From Candidatus Bathyarchaeota archaeon (GTDB lineage Archaea; Thermoproteota; Bathyarchaeia; Bathyarchaeales; Bathycorpusculaceae), in NCBI GenBank assembly GCA_963782525.1, contig CAWAKC010000006.1, forward strand, positions 79,493 to 143,492: a stretch of 64,000 bases of DNA, in the 5' to 3' direction. The notes under the pieces are model-generated. The model did no database searches, had not been told where the DNA came from, and worked only from the letters and a program-made list of their open reading frames with translations. Shown here piece after piece: positions 8,842-18,306 of this stretch (the stretch's first letter is position 1; every line of letters starts with the position of its first letter). Made by a program: the position numbers and the translations under genes.

Positions 8842-10206
8842 ATGAAAAATTTCAAAAACCCCGCGTGGAAAGAAGCAGTATCCAAAGTTATCCAACAAAT
8901 CCAAGAACAGGAAATTAAATTCGTCAGACTACAGTTCACCGACATTAATGGCATGCTAAAGAACATAGCTGTAAATTCAAAGAACATGGAAAGCATCTTT
9001 GAAAACGGCCAATCCTTCGACGGATCATCTATCACCGGTTACCGACCAATCGAAGAATCTGACATGGTTCTCTTCCCAGACCCAACAACCTTCGCAGTTT
9101 TACCTTGGAGACCAAAAGAGAAATCGTCCTGCAGACTCCTTTGCGACATCTATACTCCTCAGAACAAACGTTTTGAAGGCGACCCACGTTACGTTCTTGA
9201 ACGCACCGTAGAAAAAGCCGCAAAAGCAGGTTACACTTTCATTTGTGCTCCCGAACTAGAATTCTTCATAGTGAAAGAGAGCGAAACAGGTGGCTTACCA
9301 ACTCCCATTGACTTAGCAGGCTATTTCGATTTTCACCCCAGCGACTTAACTGATGATTTACGACGAGAAATTGCAGATACGGCAGAAGCTTTCGGCATAG
9401 AAATCGAGCTAAGCCACCACGAAGTCGCGTTGGGACAAAACGAAATTGACTTCAAATATGGAGAAGCCCTAATTACTGCTGATCGAGCCATAACCATGAA
9501 GATGTGTGGCAAAGTAGTTGCTGCGCGAGCAGGCTACGTTACCACCTACATGCCTAAACCCTTCCAAGGCATCAACGGCAGCGGTATGCACGTTCACCAA
9601 AGCCTATGGAACAAAGACGTAACCCAAAACATGTTCTACTCAGATGACGAAAAGAACGGTTACCTCTCAGATTTAGCGCGAAACTTCATCGGTGGACAAC
9701 TCGCTCACGGACGAAAAATGTGCGCTGTTCTGGATTCATGGCCTAACAGTTTCAAACGTTTAGTCCCGGGCTACGAAGCCCCAGTTTACCTTGCATGGGC
9801 ACACAAGAACCGCAGCCCACTCATCCGCGTACCCAACTTTGGCGGAAGAAAAGGCGCAGCAAGATGCGAAATCCGATGTCCAGACGGTTCAGGAAACCCA
9901 TACCTACAGTTCGCAGTGCTCCTAGCAACAGGCTTAGACGGCATAAAGAACAAGATTGATCCAGGCGACCCAGTTGAACTAAACGTTTACCACATGACCT
10001 ATGACGAACGCAAAGCCCGCGGAATAGTTTCGCTACCAGAATCACTAAAAGAAGCACTCGACGAACTTGAAACAAGCGAACTCATGCGTGAAACTCTCGG
10101 GCAAACAGCATTCGAAAACTTCCTCAAAGAAAAACGCAACGAATGGGACCTATACCGCACCCAAGTTACCGAATGGGAAGTTAACCGCTACATAAAACGC
10201 CTCTAA
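8842..10206 (+). CDS. glnA: Glutamine synthetase type I
   Basis: FDGSSI, HHEVA, MPKPFQGINGSGMHVHQS, RLVPGYEAP, NRSPLIRVP, EIRCPD. Confidence 0.97.
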   Translation: MKNFKNPAWKEAVSKVIQQIQEQEIKFVRLQFTDINGMLKNIAVNSKNMESIFENGQSFDGSSITGYRPIEESDMVLFPDPTTFAVLPWRPKEKSSCRLLCDIYTPQNKRFEGDPRYVLERTVEKAAKAGYTFICAPELEFFIVKESETGGLPTPIDLAGYFDFHPSDLTDDLRREIADTAEAFGIEIELSHHEVALGQNEIDFKYGEALITADRAITMKMCGKVVAARAGYVTTYMPKPFQGINGSGMHVHQSLWNKDVTQNMFYSDDEKNGYLSDLARNFIGGQLAHGRKMCAVLDSWPNSFKRLVPGYEAPVYLAWAHKNRSPLIRVPNFGGRKGAARCEIRCPDGSGNPYLQFAVLLATGLDGIKNKIDPGDPVELNVYHMTYDERKARGIVSLPESLKEALDELETSELMRETLGQTAFENFLKEKRNEWDLYRTQVTEWEVNRYIKRL

Positions 10207-10210
10207 ACCC

Positions 10211-10250
10211 AAAAAAGCCTCTTTGAGGCTCAACAATTTATTTTTCTTTT
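10211..10250. terminator. Probable bidirectional terminator between convergent glnA and hisS
   Basis: Hairpin AGCCTC-TTT-GAGGCT (10216-10230) flanked by an A run and a T-rich tract. Confidence 0.55.
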
Positions 10251-11525
10251 TTAGTTTTTGATTTTTTCAACCAGTTTATCAATTGTAATTGTGCTTTGTT
10301 GTCGATTCGCTAAATCCTTGAGCACCACGGCGCCTTCTTTGAGTTCTCGCTCGCCAACGATAACTGCGAAATCGACTTTGCGTTTGTCGGCGTCTTCGAG
10401 GGCTTTAGCCATTTTTCTGCCCATCACTTCAAACTCCACAGTCACACCGGCCAAACGCAGTTGCTGGGCAATTTTTAGCGCTTCAGATTTCATTGTTTCA
10501 GTGATGGGTAAAACCGCAACCTTCTTCGCGGCCTTTACAGAGAGCACTGTTTTCTGAGTTAGTAAAGCGATAGCGATGCGGTCGATTCCATGGGCGCAGC
10601 CGACTGCTGATGTAGGTTCGCCGCCGAATGCTTCGATCAGCTTATCGTATCGTCCGCCGCCGCCCAAAGCAATATCCAATCCAGGTATGTAAATTTCAAA
10701 AATCATGCCCGTATAGTACTCTAAACCTCGGGCAAATGATGGTTCAACCGCAAGAGTAAGATCGGCACTTTCAGAAACGAGTTTAAGGATTTCAGCGAGG
10801 TTTTCTACTGCAGTCTTCGCTTTCTCGTAGCCTACAACGTAACTTTGAAGTTGCTCAACCACGTCAAGCCAATCGTTGCCCTTAACAGCGATCAGACCTT
10901 CTAACTTGGCTCGGCATTTCTTGGATTCTACTAGCTTAAGTGCTTCATCATACTCTTTTTTATCCATCCTCTGCAAGATTGCATTCTGGGTTTTCTCGTC
11001 GATGCCTTCTTGGCTGAGGATGCCTCGAATGACGCCTATGTGCCCGATTTTAAATGCGTAACCATGCAGCCCCAGTAATTTCATAAAGTTATTCGTCAGC
11101 AAAACTACTTCAGCGTCGGCTTCAGGTTTAGCTGAACCCATTAATTCAAAGTTTGATTGCCAAAACTCGCGGTACCGACCACGCTGGGGTTCATCATAAC
11201 GGTAAACTGTGCCAACGGAGAACAAGCGGAAAGGTTTAGGTTCGTTCCTGAGAGCAGTAGTGGCTAACCTTGCTATTGAAGCTGTGAACTCTGGGCGCAA
11301 CGCCACTTGGCGGTTGCCGAGGTCTTTGAAAATGAACATGCGCTGGCGGATTTCTTCGCCCGATTTGGCACTTAAAAGTTCAAGCGGCTCAACATGAGGT
11401 GTTATGACTTCTTTGTAACCATAGAGCTGAGCGGTTTCTCTCGCTTCAGTTATGATGTAAGTGAAGGTTTTGGCATCTTCACCGATTAGATCTCTCATTC
11501 CGCGGACAGGCTGAAAAGCTGGCAT
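10251..11525 (-). CDS. hisS: Histidine--tRNA ligase
   Basis: VRGMRD, LRPEFTAS, YRYDEPQRGRYREFWQ, RGLEYYTG, GGGRYD. Confidence 0.97.
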   Translation of the reverse strand: MPAFQPVRGMRDLIGEDAKTFTYIITEARETAQLYGYKEVITPHVEPLELLSAKSGEEIRQRMFIFKDLGNRQVALRPEFTASIARLATTALRNEPKPFRLFSVGTVYRYDEPQRGRYREFWQSNFELMGSAKPEADAEVVLLTNNFMKLLGLHGYAFKIGHIGVIRGILSQEGIDEKTQNAILQRMDKKEYDEALKLVESKKCRAKLEGLIAVKGNDWLDVVEQLQSYVVGYEKAKTAVENLAEILKLVSESADLTLAVEPSFARGLEYYTGMIFEIYIPGLDIALGGGGRYDKLIEAFGGEPTSAVGCAHGIDRIAIALLTQKTVLSVKAAKKVAVLPITETMKSEALKIAQQLRLAGVTVEFEVMGRKMAKALEDADKRKVDFAVIVGERELKEGAVVLKDLANRQQSTITIDKLVEKIKN

Positions 11526-11579
11526 GCATGTTTGCTCCTAAACAAGCTAATTGGTGCAATTATTCTATTAAACTCTCGC

Positions 11580-12383
11580 TCACGGCTTGATGGCTTCGAC
11601 TTCCAATCTAACCATAGCCAAATGAACAGTACCTTCTGCATCAACTGGGTGATTTGTAATATAGCGGCTAACGATTTCCTTCACGAAGCTATCTCGCTGT
11701 TGAATTGGTATCCGTTCGGTGAAAGGCAGCCATGTAGTGCAAATCCACCCAGTCAATCCCTCAGCACTTGGGAACTTCATGTCCCGAGGAAAAAGCTCAA
11801 CCCTCACCGGCTTCAAACCCGTCTGCAATAGCAACTGCTTGTATTCTTGGGGGTTTAGGAAGGCATAAGGAAACGTGAAGCCCTCAAAATAGCATCTCCA
11901 CTGTGGCAAAACAAGCAGCTCATCGAAAAGGCTCAGCACTGCCTGTGCGTTGCCTTTGCCTGCCATTTGGAAGAGGATTCTGCCAAGTGGCTTTAGGCTT
12001 CTTTGTACACCCTTTAGGACTGCTTTCTGGTCTATTATCCAGTGTAATGCAGCGTTGGAGAAGGCTATGTCAAATTCCTCTTGAAAGGGGATGTTTCGGG
12101 CATCTATCACTTTGAAAGTGATATTGGGGCACTGCTCGAAGGGAAAAGTGGTTTTTGCTAGCTTTATCATTTCAGGGGAACTGTCGATACCGACGACTTT
12201 GCCGTTTGGCAAGGCTTTTGCGATTTCTGCAGTGATTTTGCCGTCGCCGCAGCCAATATCCAGTAGAGCTTCGTTGCCTTGTAGTTTCAGCTTCGGAATT
12301 AGTTCTTTTGCCCATTGAAACTGGTTCTGTGAGTTTTTAGCGTAGTCTTTTGCATCCCAACCGTAGTTCTTGGATCTACTCAT
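11580..12383 (-). CDS. Class I SAM-dependent methyltransferase (Tam-like)
   Basis: LLDIGCGDG, FSNAALHW. Confidence 0.88.
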   Translation of the reverse strand: MSRSKNYGWDAKDYAKNSQNQFQWAKELIPKLKLQGNEALLDIGCGDGKITAEIAKALPNGKVVGIDSSPEMIKLAKTTFPFEQCPNITFKVIDARNIPFQEEFDIAFSNAALHWIIDQKAVLKGVQRSLKPLGRILFQMAGKGNAQAVLSLFDELLVLPQWRCYFEGFTFPYAFLNPQEYKQLLLQTGLKPVRVELFPRDMKFPSAEGLTGWICTTWLPFTERIPIQQRDSFVKEIVSRYITNHPVDAEGTVHLAMVRLEVEAIKP

Positions 12384-12954
12384 CTTCGTCTTGGTCCTGC
12401 GCTATTTTGTTGAAGCTTAACGGAGAGACTGAGTAATGTACAACCTCGCCGCGGCGATTTGTGACAGCTAGAATTAGTTCTTTCTTTTGGCTGTTGCATT
12501 TGGTTAATGCGTCTGCAAGGTCGTTTACGGGGAGTGGTTTGCCTTCTTGTGTAATCATGATCAGGTAGGGTGCGGTGTCTTTGCCGTAGGTGCCGCGTTC
12601 GTATATGCGGAAGTCGATGCCGCCGCCGAAGCCTTCACGAACTACGTAGCCCCGGCTGCGTAGGTCGCGGTAAACGAGGTAGTTGACCCAGGCGTTGTCG
12701 TTTTGGGTTTCGTAACAATGTAGTAGGCTTTGAAAATCGATGTTTTTGCCTTTTTCGTCTTTGATCTCAAGCATGCCCTTATCTAAAAGATATAATGATT
12801 CGTAAAAGGTGAGTTTGAAAACTTTATTCTCTAATGTACCGTAGCCGCGTGATGAAAGAGCATCTATGTTGCTTTGTTCGGAAACGATGACGCCCTTCTC
12901 AGATAGGACACCGCTCGTTCGAAATTCCACTGGAGCCTTTTTGGTATCACTCAT
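12376..12954 (-). CDS. endA: tRNA-intron endonuclease subunit, probably the non-catalytic (structural) subunit
   Basis: YLVYRDLRSRGYVVREG...DFRIYERG fold motif; catalytic Tyr and His positions replaced. Confidence 0.8.
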   Translation of the reverse strand: MSDTKKAPVEFRTSGVLSEKGVIVSEQSNIDALSSRGYGTLENKVFKLTFYESLYLLDKGMLEIKDEKGKNIDFQSLLHCYETQNDNAWVNYLVYRDLRSRGYVVREGFGGGIDFRIYERGTYGKDTAPYLIMITQEGKPLPVNDLADALTKCNSQKKELILAVTNRRGEVVHYSVSPLSFNKIAQDQDEDE

Positions 12955-12974
12955 TACTTAACCCTTGCTTTTTG

Positions 12975-14003
12975 CTAGACTTTTCCTTTTCTAAATTCGT
13001 CAAATTCCTTGCTATAGATAACTCTATCTTCGGTTATGATGGCTGTGACATATTTGAGTGGTGTAGGGTCAAACGATGGGTTCATAACGTTGACGCCGTT
13101 AGGTGCAATTTGCACGCTACCTATGTGGGTGACTTCCTCAGGCTTTCTTTCCTCAACTTCGACTTCGGAGGCTTTGCGGCTTAGGTCAAATGTCGATTTT
13201 GGTGCGGCGACGTAGAATGGGATTTTGTGTTCATGTGCTAACACCGCGACGGCGTATGTGCCGATCTTGTTGAAAACGGCGTCTTGGACGATGCGGTCGG
13301 CGCCAACAATAACCAAGTTGACGAGGCCTTTACTCATTACGTAGCCCGCCATGTTATCCGTAATCAATGTAACGGGTATCCCGTCGCGTTTAAGCTCGTA
13401 TGTAGTTAGTCTTGCGCCCTGAAGAAGCGGTCTGGTTTCGTCGGCGATGACCTTGATTTTTTTGCCTTCTTCCCAAGCTGCGCGGACAACACCCAAGGCA
13501 GTTCCGTATTCGACAGTTGCCAACTCCCCAGCATTGCAATGGGTGAGGATTGTGTCGCCGTCTTTGATGAGGACTGAGCCGTTTTTGCCCATGGCGTGGT
13601 TTTGGGCGGCATCTTCGTCGGCAATTTTCTGAGCCTCCTCAATAACTGTTGCTTTGATTTCTTCAACATCGCCTAAAACGTTCTTGGCTTTATTTAGGAC
13701 ACGGTCTACGCCCCAGAACAGGTTCACAGCGGTTGGTCTTTGACGTTTAATTACTGTGCCAGCAGTTTCCAGTTCCGATAACAATTTTTCTTTAGTTTTG
13801 GCATGTGAGTGGTAAGCTGCTAACGCTACGCCGAACCCTGCGGCTGCACCCAAAAGTGGGGCGCCTCTGACGCGGAGGACTTTTATGGCTTCAGCCATCT
13901 GGTCGACTGTTCGAATTTCTATGGTGACTTCTTGGAGGGGCAGTTTGGTTTGGTCGAGTGTGATTACTTTTCCGTTTTGCCACTTGATCATCCGCATATT
14001 CAT
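12975..14003 (-). CDS. mtnA: S-methyl-5-thioribose-1-phosphate isomerase
   Basis: VRGAP, RPTAVNL, THCNAGELATVEYGTALG, ETRPLLQGARLT, NKIGTY. Confidence 0.9.
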   Translation of the reverse strand: MNMRMIKWQNGKVITLDQTKLPLQEVTIEIRTVDQMAEAIKVLRVRGAPLLGAAAGFGVALAAYHSHAKTKEKLLSELETAGTVIKRQRPTAVNLFWGVDRVLNKAKNVLGDVEEIKATVIEEAQKIADEDAAQNHAMGKNGSVLIKDGDTILTHCNAGELATVEYGTALGVVRAAWEEGKKIKVIADETRPLLQGARLTTYELKRDGIPVTLITDNMAGYVMSKGLVNLVIVGADRIVQDAVFNKIGTYAVAVLAHEHKIPFYVAAPKSTFDLSRKASEVEVEERKPEEVTHIGSVQIAPNGVNVMNPSFDPTPLKYVTAIITEDRVIYSKEFDEFRKGKV

Positions 14004-14067
14004 TTACCTCAAAACATTAATGTAATAACGGATATTTGTGGACGGTTGTGTTAAAGATTTTCTGTCT

Positions 14068-14469
14068 CTAACGATTGAAGCGTTGAACTAAATCAAAGAG
14101 GTTTCCATATAAATCCTCAAAAACCACTTCAACGCCCCACTCCCGCATCTCGGGCTTACCATAAAACTTTACGCCTTTTGCCTTCATCACTTTGTGATCT
14201 CTTCGGCAATCATCAGTTTCTAGCGTAAGAAAAACATGATCTCCCGCTTGCTTTCCCAAAGCCTTGCGCTTATCATCACTGTCAGCCACCACAAACGTTA
14301 ACTCAGGATCACTTTGACCTTTCAGTGAAACCGTAACCCACCGCATGTTTCCCCATAAAATGGTGTCTTGCCGTTTTTGGAATCCGAGTTTTTCAATATA
14401 GAATTTTAGGGCTTCGTCTTGGTCTTTGACGAGGAGGGTTATATGGCCGATTTTGTTCAATGTTCTCAC
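14068..14469 (-). CDS. VOC/glyoxalase family protein
   Basis: HITLLVKDQDEALKFY, FEDLYGNLFDL. Confidence 0.88.
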   Translation of the reverse strand: MRTLNKIGHITLLVKDQDEALKFYIEKLGFQKRQDTILWGNMRWVTVSLKGQSDPELTFVVADSDDKRKALGKQAGDHVFLTLETDDCRRDHKVMKAKGVKFYGKPEMREWGVEVVFEDLYGNLFDLVQRFNR

Positions 14470-14511
14470 TCAATTGGTTAACTAAATGGAAAAGGTTGCT
14501 TAAGTTTTCGC

Positions 14512-15264
14512 TTAAGCGGATGTGTCAAAGGGGGATTTTAGGTGAGTGACAACTTCGACTGGGCTATCTTCGCCTGATTTTAGTCGTTTCTTCCATTCCT
14601 CGCCAACAGCGATAAGTGAAAAGATGCCTGAAACCTCAGCCTTCGACTTCTTCACAAGGTTCACAAGCGCCTCTTGGGTTTCGCCGCTCTTAATCATGTC
14701 GTCAACAACGAGCACGGAGTCACGTTTTTTGATTGATTCTTTGGGGATATAGAGTGTAACGGTGACTCCTGAGTCTCTACCGAGAATGTAGGTTTCTTCG
14801 AGGAAGGCTTTGACGCCCACTTCTTTGTTGCGTTTGGCAACTATGAGGTTTACGCCCAAGGAGTTGGCGACCATGGTGGCGAGCGGGATGCCGTCGACGG
14901 CTGCTGTTAGGATTTTTGTTACCCGTTTGCCCGCGAAGTTGGCGAGGGCGTGGTTTGCGGCTTGTTGGAGAATGTTGTAGTCGCCGACGATTTCGGTGTT
15001 GTCAAAGTAGCCGATGTCGTCGAATTTTATTCTGCTGCGCAGTTCCGCTTCTAAACCGACGAGTTTGGTTAACACGCGCCAGAGCTGTTTGGCTCTTGTC
15101 GTGTTTGGAAGCACGTGGCCTTTTGCGTAGCGGCTAAGAACAGTGACGGGTAAGCCTGTTTTTGAGGCTAATTCCCGGTAAGTAATGTTTCGCTTGTACT
15201 TTGCAGTTCGTAACAGTTCGATTGTCATTAAGCGAAGTTTCAAATCTTCTGCGTGAGTGCTCAT
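14512..15264 (-). CDS. HTH + phosphoribosyltransferase domain protein (PurR-like regulator)
   Basis: N-terminal HTH (TYRELASKTGLPVTVLSRY); PRPP loop VLVVDDMIKSGET. Confidence 0.85.
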   Translation of the reverse strand: MSTHAEDLKLRLMTIELLRTAKYKRNITYRELASKTGLPVTVLSRYAKGHVLPNTTRAKQLWRVLTKLVGLEAELRSRIKFDDIGYFDNTEIVGDYNILQQAANHALANFAGKRVTKILTAAVDGIPLATMVANSLGVNLIVAKRNKEVGVKAFLEETYILGRDSGVTVTLYIPKESIKKRDSVLVVDDMIKSGETQEALVNLVKKSKAEVSGIFSLIAVGEEWKKRLKSGEDSPVEVVTHLKSPFDTSA

Positions 15265-15450
15265 TTTCCCTTAACCCCAATTTTACATTTATAAGTTAAT
15301 TATTATATGGTATTTAGTATTGTATCTTGCCAATTTATAACTTTCCGTTAAAATTAAATTGAAACCACCAAGAATTTCTCAGCCTTCAACGCTTTATCAT
15401 TAACCTTTTTAGATGCAACCTTAACTGCTATACTTAAAGGGGGGACTTGG

Positions 15451-15999
15451 ATGCAGAAGATTCAGCGATTATTCATAGTTGCGCTCTTCGGAGCCGTAAT
15501 CTTCGTTACCAATGTGTTCCTGCCGCCCCCATTAAACTACCTTATCATTGTCGTCCAAGCTGTACTGCTGGCTTTAAGTGCTCTGTTCATCCCAAAAGGC
15601 GGCGCAATGTACGTTGGCGCAGTCGGTGGACTCTTAACCGCTTTGGTCAGCCCAGCCCTTGGACCGTTCACGTTCTTCTTCGCTTTCCTCTTTGGTGTAT
15701 TCGTCGATGTTTTCCTATTTGTCTTCAAAATTAAGGGTTCTCCTCAAGGAGTAAACCGCAACAGGTTAATTGCAGCTATGGCTGTGGCCACACTGTTGAT
15801 TGCGGTTTCAAGCTATTCTGCTTTCGCTATTTTTCCGGAGTACATTAATTCGCAGGGTTTCTCGATTGTTAGTTTGTTTGTGCAGAGAAGCACAATGCTC
15901 GACATGCTCGTGTTGTTTATGGGTCCAGCGACGGGTGCCGTGGCGGGTTACGCAACTGCGTACCTTTGGAATAAGTACCTACGGCACATTAACGTCTAG
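15451..15999 (+). CDS. Membrane protein, possible ECF-type S-component
   Basis: 182 aa, about 6 hydrophobic segments, 'VALFGAVIF' first helix. Confidence 0.55.
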   Translation: MQKIQRLFIVALFGAVIFVTNVFLPPPLNYLIIVVQAVLLALSALFIPKGGAMYVGAVGGLLTALVSPALGPFTFFFAFLFGVFVDVFLFVFKIKGSPQGVNRNRLIAAMAVATLLIAVSSYSAFAIFPEYINSQGFSIVSLFVQRSTMLDMLVLFMGPATGAVAGYATAYLWNKYLRHINV

Positions 16000-16265
16000 A
16001 GCTGCATTTCCTTAATTTTTTGGTCAACGAGTTTGGCGACCATCAAATTGGAAACGTAAACACATTTGACCCCAAGCAACTCTGCAAGCTCTGCAGGCTT
16101 CCGATATTGCGTAACCAAAATCAAGCCATGCTTACCCGCGTACTCGACGATGTCGCGGTCCTTAGCAATCTTTAAACCTGCTTCTTCAGAAGTTACAGCT
16201 TCATAGCCTAAAGTTTCAAAGTATTCTTTTAAGCCAGCGTACATTTCATCCAGGAGTATCTTCAT
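15996..16265 (-). CDS. DUF5615/Mut7-C PIN-like protein
   Basis: MKILLDEM...LGYEA...DRDIVEYA...ILVT pattern. Confidence 0.75.
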   Translation of the reverse strand: MKILLDEMYAGLKEYFETLGYEAVTSEEAGLKIAKDRDIVEYAGKHGLILVTQYRKPAELAELLGVKCVYVSNLMVAKLVDQKIKEMQL

Positions 16266-16308
16266 GCTTGCTGTGTTGGAAATATAGATTATTTTAGCTT
16301 TTCCCTAC

Positions 16309-16944
16309 TCAGTCTATGAGCAGTATCGCGAAGGATTCTGGGTTCTTGGCAAACGGAAAAATAACTGAGATTCCAGCGTTAGCAGCGGTTTTTTTTACGT
16401 TCACGCCGACTGCATCTTCTGACCACCTTGCCAAGTTGGGGTTGCGGCAAATGCGTGTTTCGGTGTTGCATTTTTCGCAGAGTTGGCAATGCCCAGAAAT
16501 GAACGAAATAGCTAAGCTGTAGCCTTTGTTCATTGCTGCTTTTTCCAGACCCACGACGCTTTCCAGCATTTTGCGTTTGTCGTCTTTCCAATCTTGCCAG
16601 AATTTGGTGGCTTTTTCCTTAATTTCTTTGGAGACGGTGGTGTCGGTTTCTGCGATCATTAGTTTGGCTAAAACTTCGGGTGAGGCTTCTGCGGTTGATT
16701 TGTATTTCATGAACATGGCGTAGCTGTATTCGTTGACGATTTTTCGGAATTCCTCAGCTGAGGGTGTGTAGGGTGGGCAGGCGAGGGTTTTGCCGTAGTG
16801 GTTGCAGCCGACTTTGCATTTGAGGACCACGCGGTTTTCGACGACGACTTTGCTGGTTGGGATTATTTTTGCGTCGGTTGCTCCGTTTTCGAGGGCTAAT
16901 TTGACGAGGAACTGGAATTTTTCAGCGCCATTTTCACTTGACAT
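16309..16944 (-). CDS. DUF2284 family metal-binding protein
   Basis: KCKVGCNHYGKTLACPP, GHCQLCEKC...CRNP...SEDAVGVNV. Confidence 0.85.
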   Translation of the reverse strand: MSSENGAEKFQFLVKLALENGATDAKIIPTSKVVVENRVVLKCKVGCNHYGKTLACPPYTPSAEEFRKIVNEYSYAMFMKYKSTAEASPEVLAKLMIAETDTTVSKEIKEKATKFWQDWKDDKRKMLESVVGLEKAAMNKGYSLAISFISGHCQLCEKCNTETRICRNPNLARWSEDAVGVNVKKTAANAGISVIFPFAKNPESFAILLID

Positions 16945-17112
16945 AATTAATTGACCTTCTTGGATTGATGTTTCTTTTGATATAAATGTTCTTTTATTGA
17001 AGACCAGTTTTGTGTGCTTCTATTGATTGCAAGCGACATAGCATCTGATTGGGTAGTTGGCGGTTTTGTTGTCTTGCAAGCGCAAGAATAATATAGCTAA
17101 TCCTTAAATGTT

Positions 17113-18291
17113 GTGAGCACTGAAGGTGCGGTTGGTATCAAAAGCAAAATCAGTACCATAGGCTATGTTAACAGAATCCAAGAAAATATAATGAGTATCA
17201 AAAAAAGAGAACTTGCACCCTTGTATGAAGCGCTCAACAATGCTGACTGCGTCATCTGCGGTGGGTCAGGGCGCTCATTATATTCACTTAATGCGGCTAT
17301 GAGCCAGATTGCCCTCAGCCAAGTGGGCTGGCGAAACAAAGTCGTTTTAACACCCGACGACCCCGGGTTTCCAGGCAAAAGCATGTACGATGCCGCACCA
17401 GATCTGGAACGCCGCTACAAAAAAACTCTGCTTCTAATGAACTCGGGTAGCGGCTACAGCGACGACCCACTCGTTATGGCGCAGGACTTAGCTAAATATA
17501 TTGAAGAAAAGAAAACCTCGCATTTCTCCATGGGCCTCTTCACCTCAGCCCTAAATTCTCCTTTAGCAGAAATCACCAATAAATATGGACATAGCGTCGA
17601 AATTAAAGGACGCGGCAAATCCAAACCCGGCGCCGAATATGCTGAAACAGGCATGATGGGCGACATATTCGAACTCGGTACCCTCGAACTTCTCAACAGC
17701 ATGATAGAAGCCATATTCCGCAACCTCCCAGTCAACGATGTCTTCCGATTATGCGAAGAAGAGTTCGAGAAAGTCGGCGACATGATAGATGCCAACGTTA
17801 ACAGCGAAACCTACACCCAACTAGTTGACTTACTCGAAAAACGGACCAACCTGTTTTTGGGTGGAAAAGGTACGGCGAACGAAATCGCAAAGATGACTGG
17901 AGTGAGATTATTCCACATTAAGAGTTTCCTTGGCGACAACGTCTACATTACAAGAGGCGTAAATACACCGCACCCAAGAGCTGGCGACCTGGAAATTCTG
18001 CTTTCATTCTCAGGTGAAACCCGCCCCGTTATCATTTGGGCGGATGTGCTCAAGAAATTCGGCGGTACAGTATTTGCTATAACAGGTAGCAAAGAGTCGA
18101 CACTTGCGAAGAAAGCAGACCTCAAAATCATTTTGCCCGAAGAAGTCAAGCCATCAACACCAAGACGCTTCTACACCAGAGCAGCTTACGTGCTAAGCCC
18201 ATTACCTGTGAAGCTTGCAGAACGTCTCGGCGAAAGAGGACTTAACCTACCTGAATACATCATCAGTTGGTACCACTCAGTAACACAATGA
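17113..18291 (+). CDS. Tandem-SIS protein related to 6-phospho-3-hexuloisomerase
   Basis: GGSGRS and MGDIFE in the first half; GDLEILLSFSGET...AITGSKESTLAKKAD in the second half; start may be ATC 17137. Confidence 0.75.
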   Translation: MSTEGAVGIKSKISTIGYVNRIQENIMSIKKRELAPLYEALNNADCVICGGSGRSLYSLNAAMSQIALSQVGWRNKVVLTPDDPGFPGKSMYDAAPDLERRYKKTLLLMNSGSGYSDDPLVMAQDLAKYIEEKKTSHFSMGLFTSALNSPLAEITNKYGHSVEIKGRGKSKPGAEYAETGMMGDIFELGTLELLNSMIEAIFRNLPVNDVFRLCEEEFEKVGDMIDANVNSETYTQLVDLLEKRTNLFLGGKGTANEIAKMTGVRLFHIKSFLGDNVYITRGVNTPHPRAGDLEILLSFSGETRPVIIWADVLKKFGGTVFAITGSKESTLAKKADLKIILPEEVKPSTPRRFYTRAAYVLSPLPVKLAERLGERGLNLPEYIISWYHSVTQ

Positions 18292-18306
18292 GAAAAACCA
18301 ATTTCT

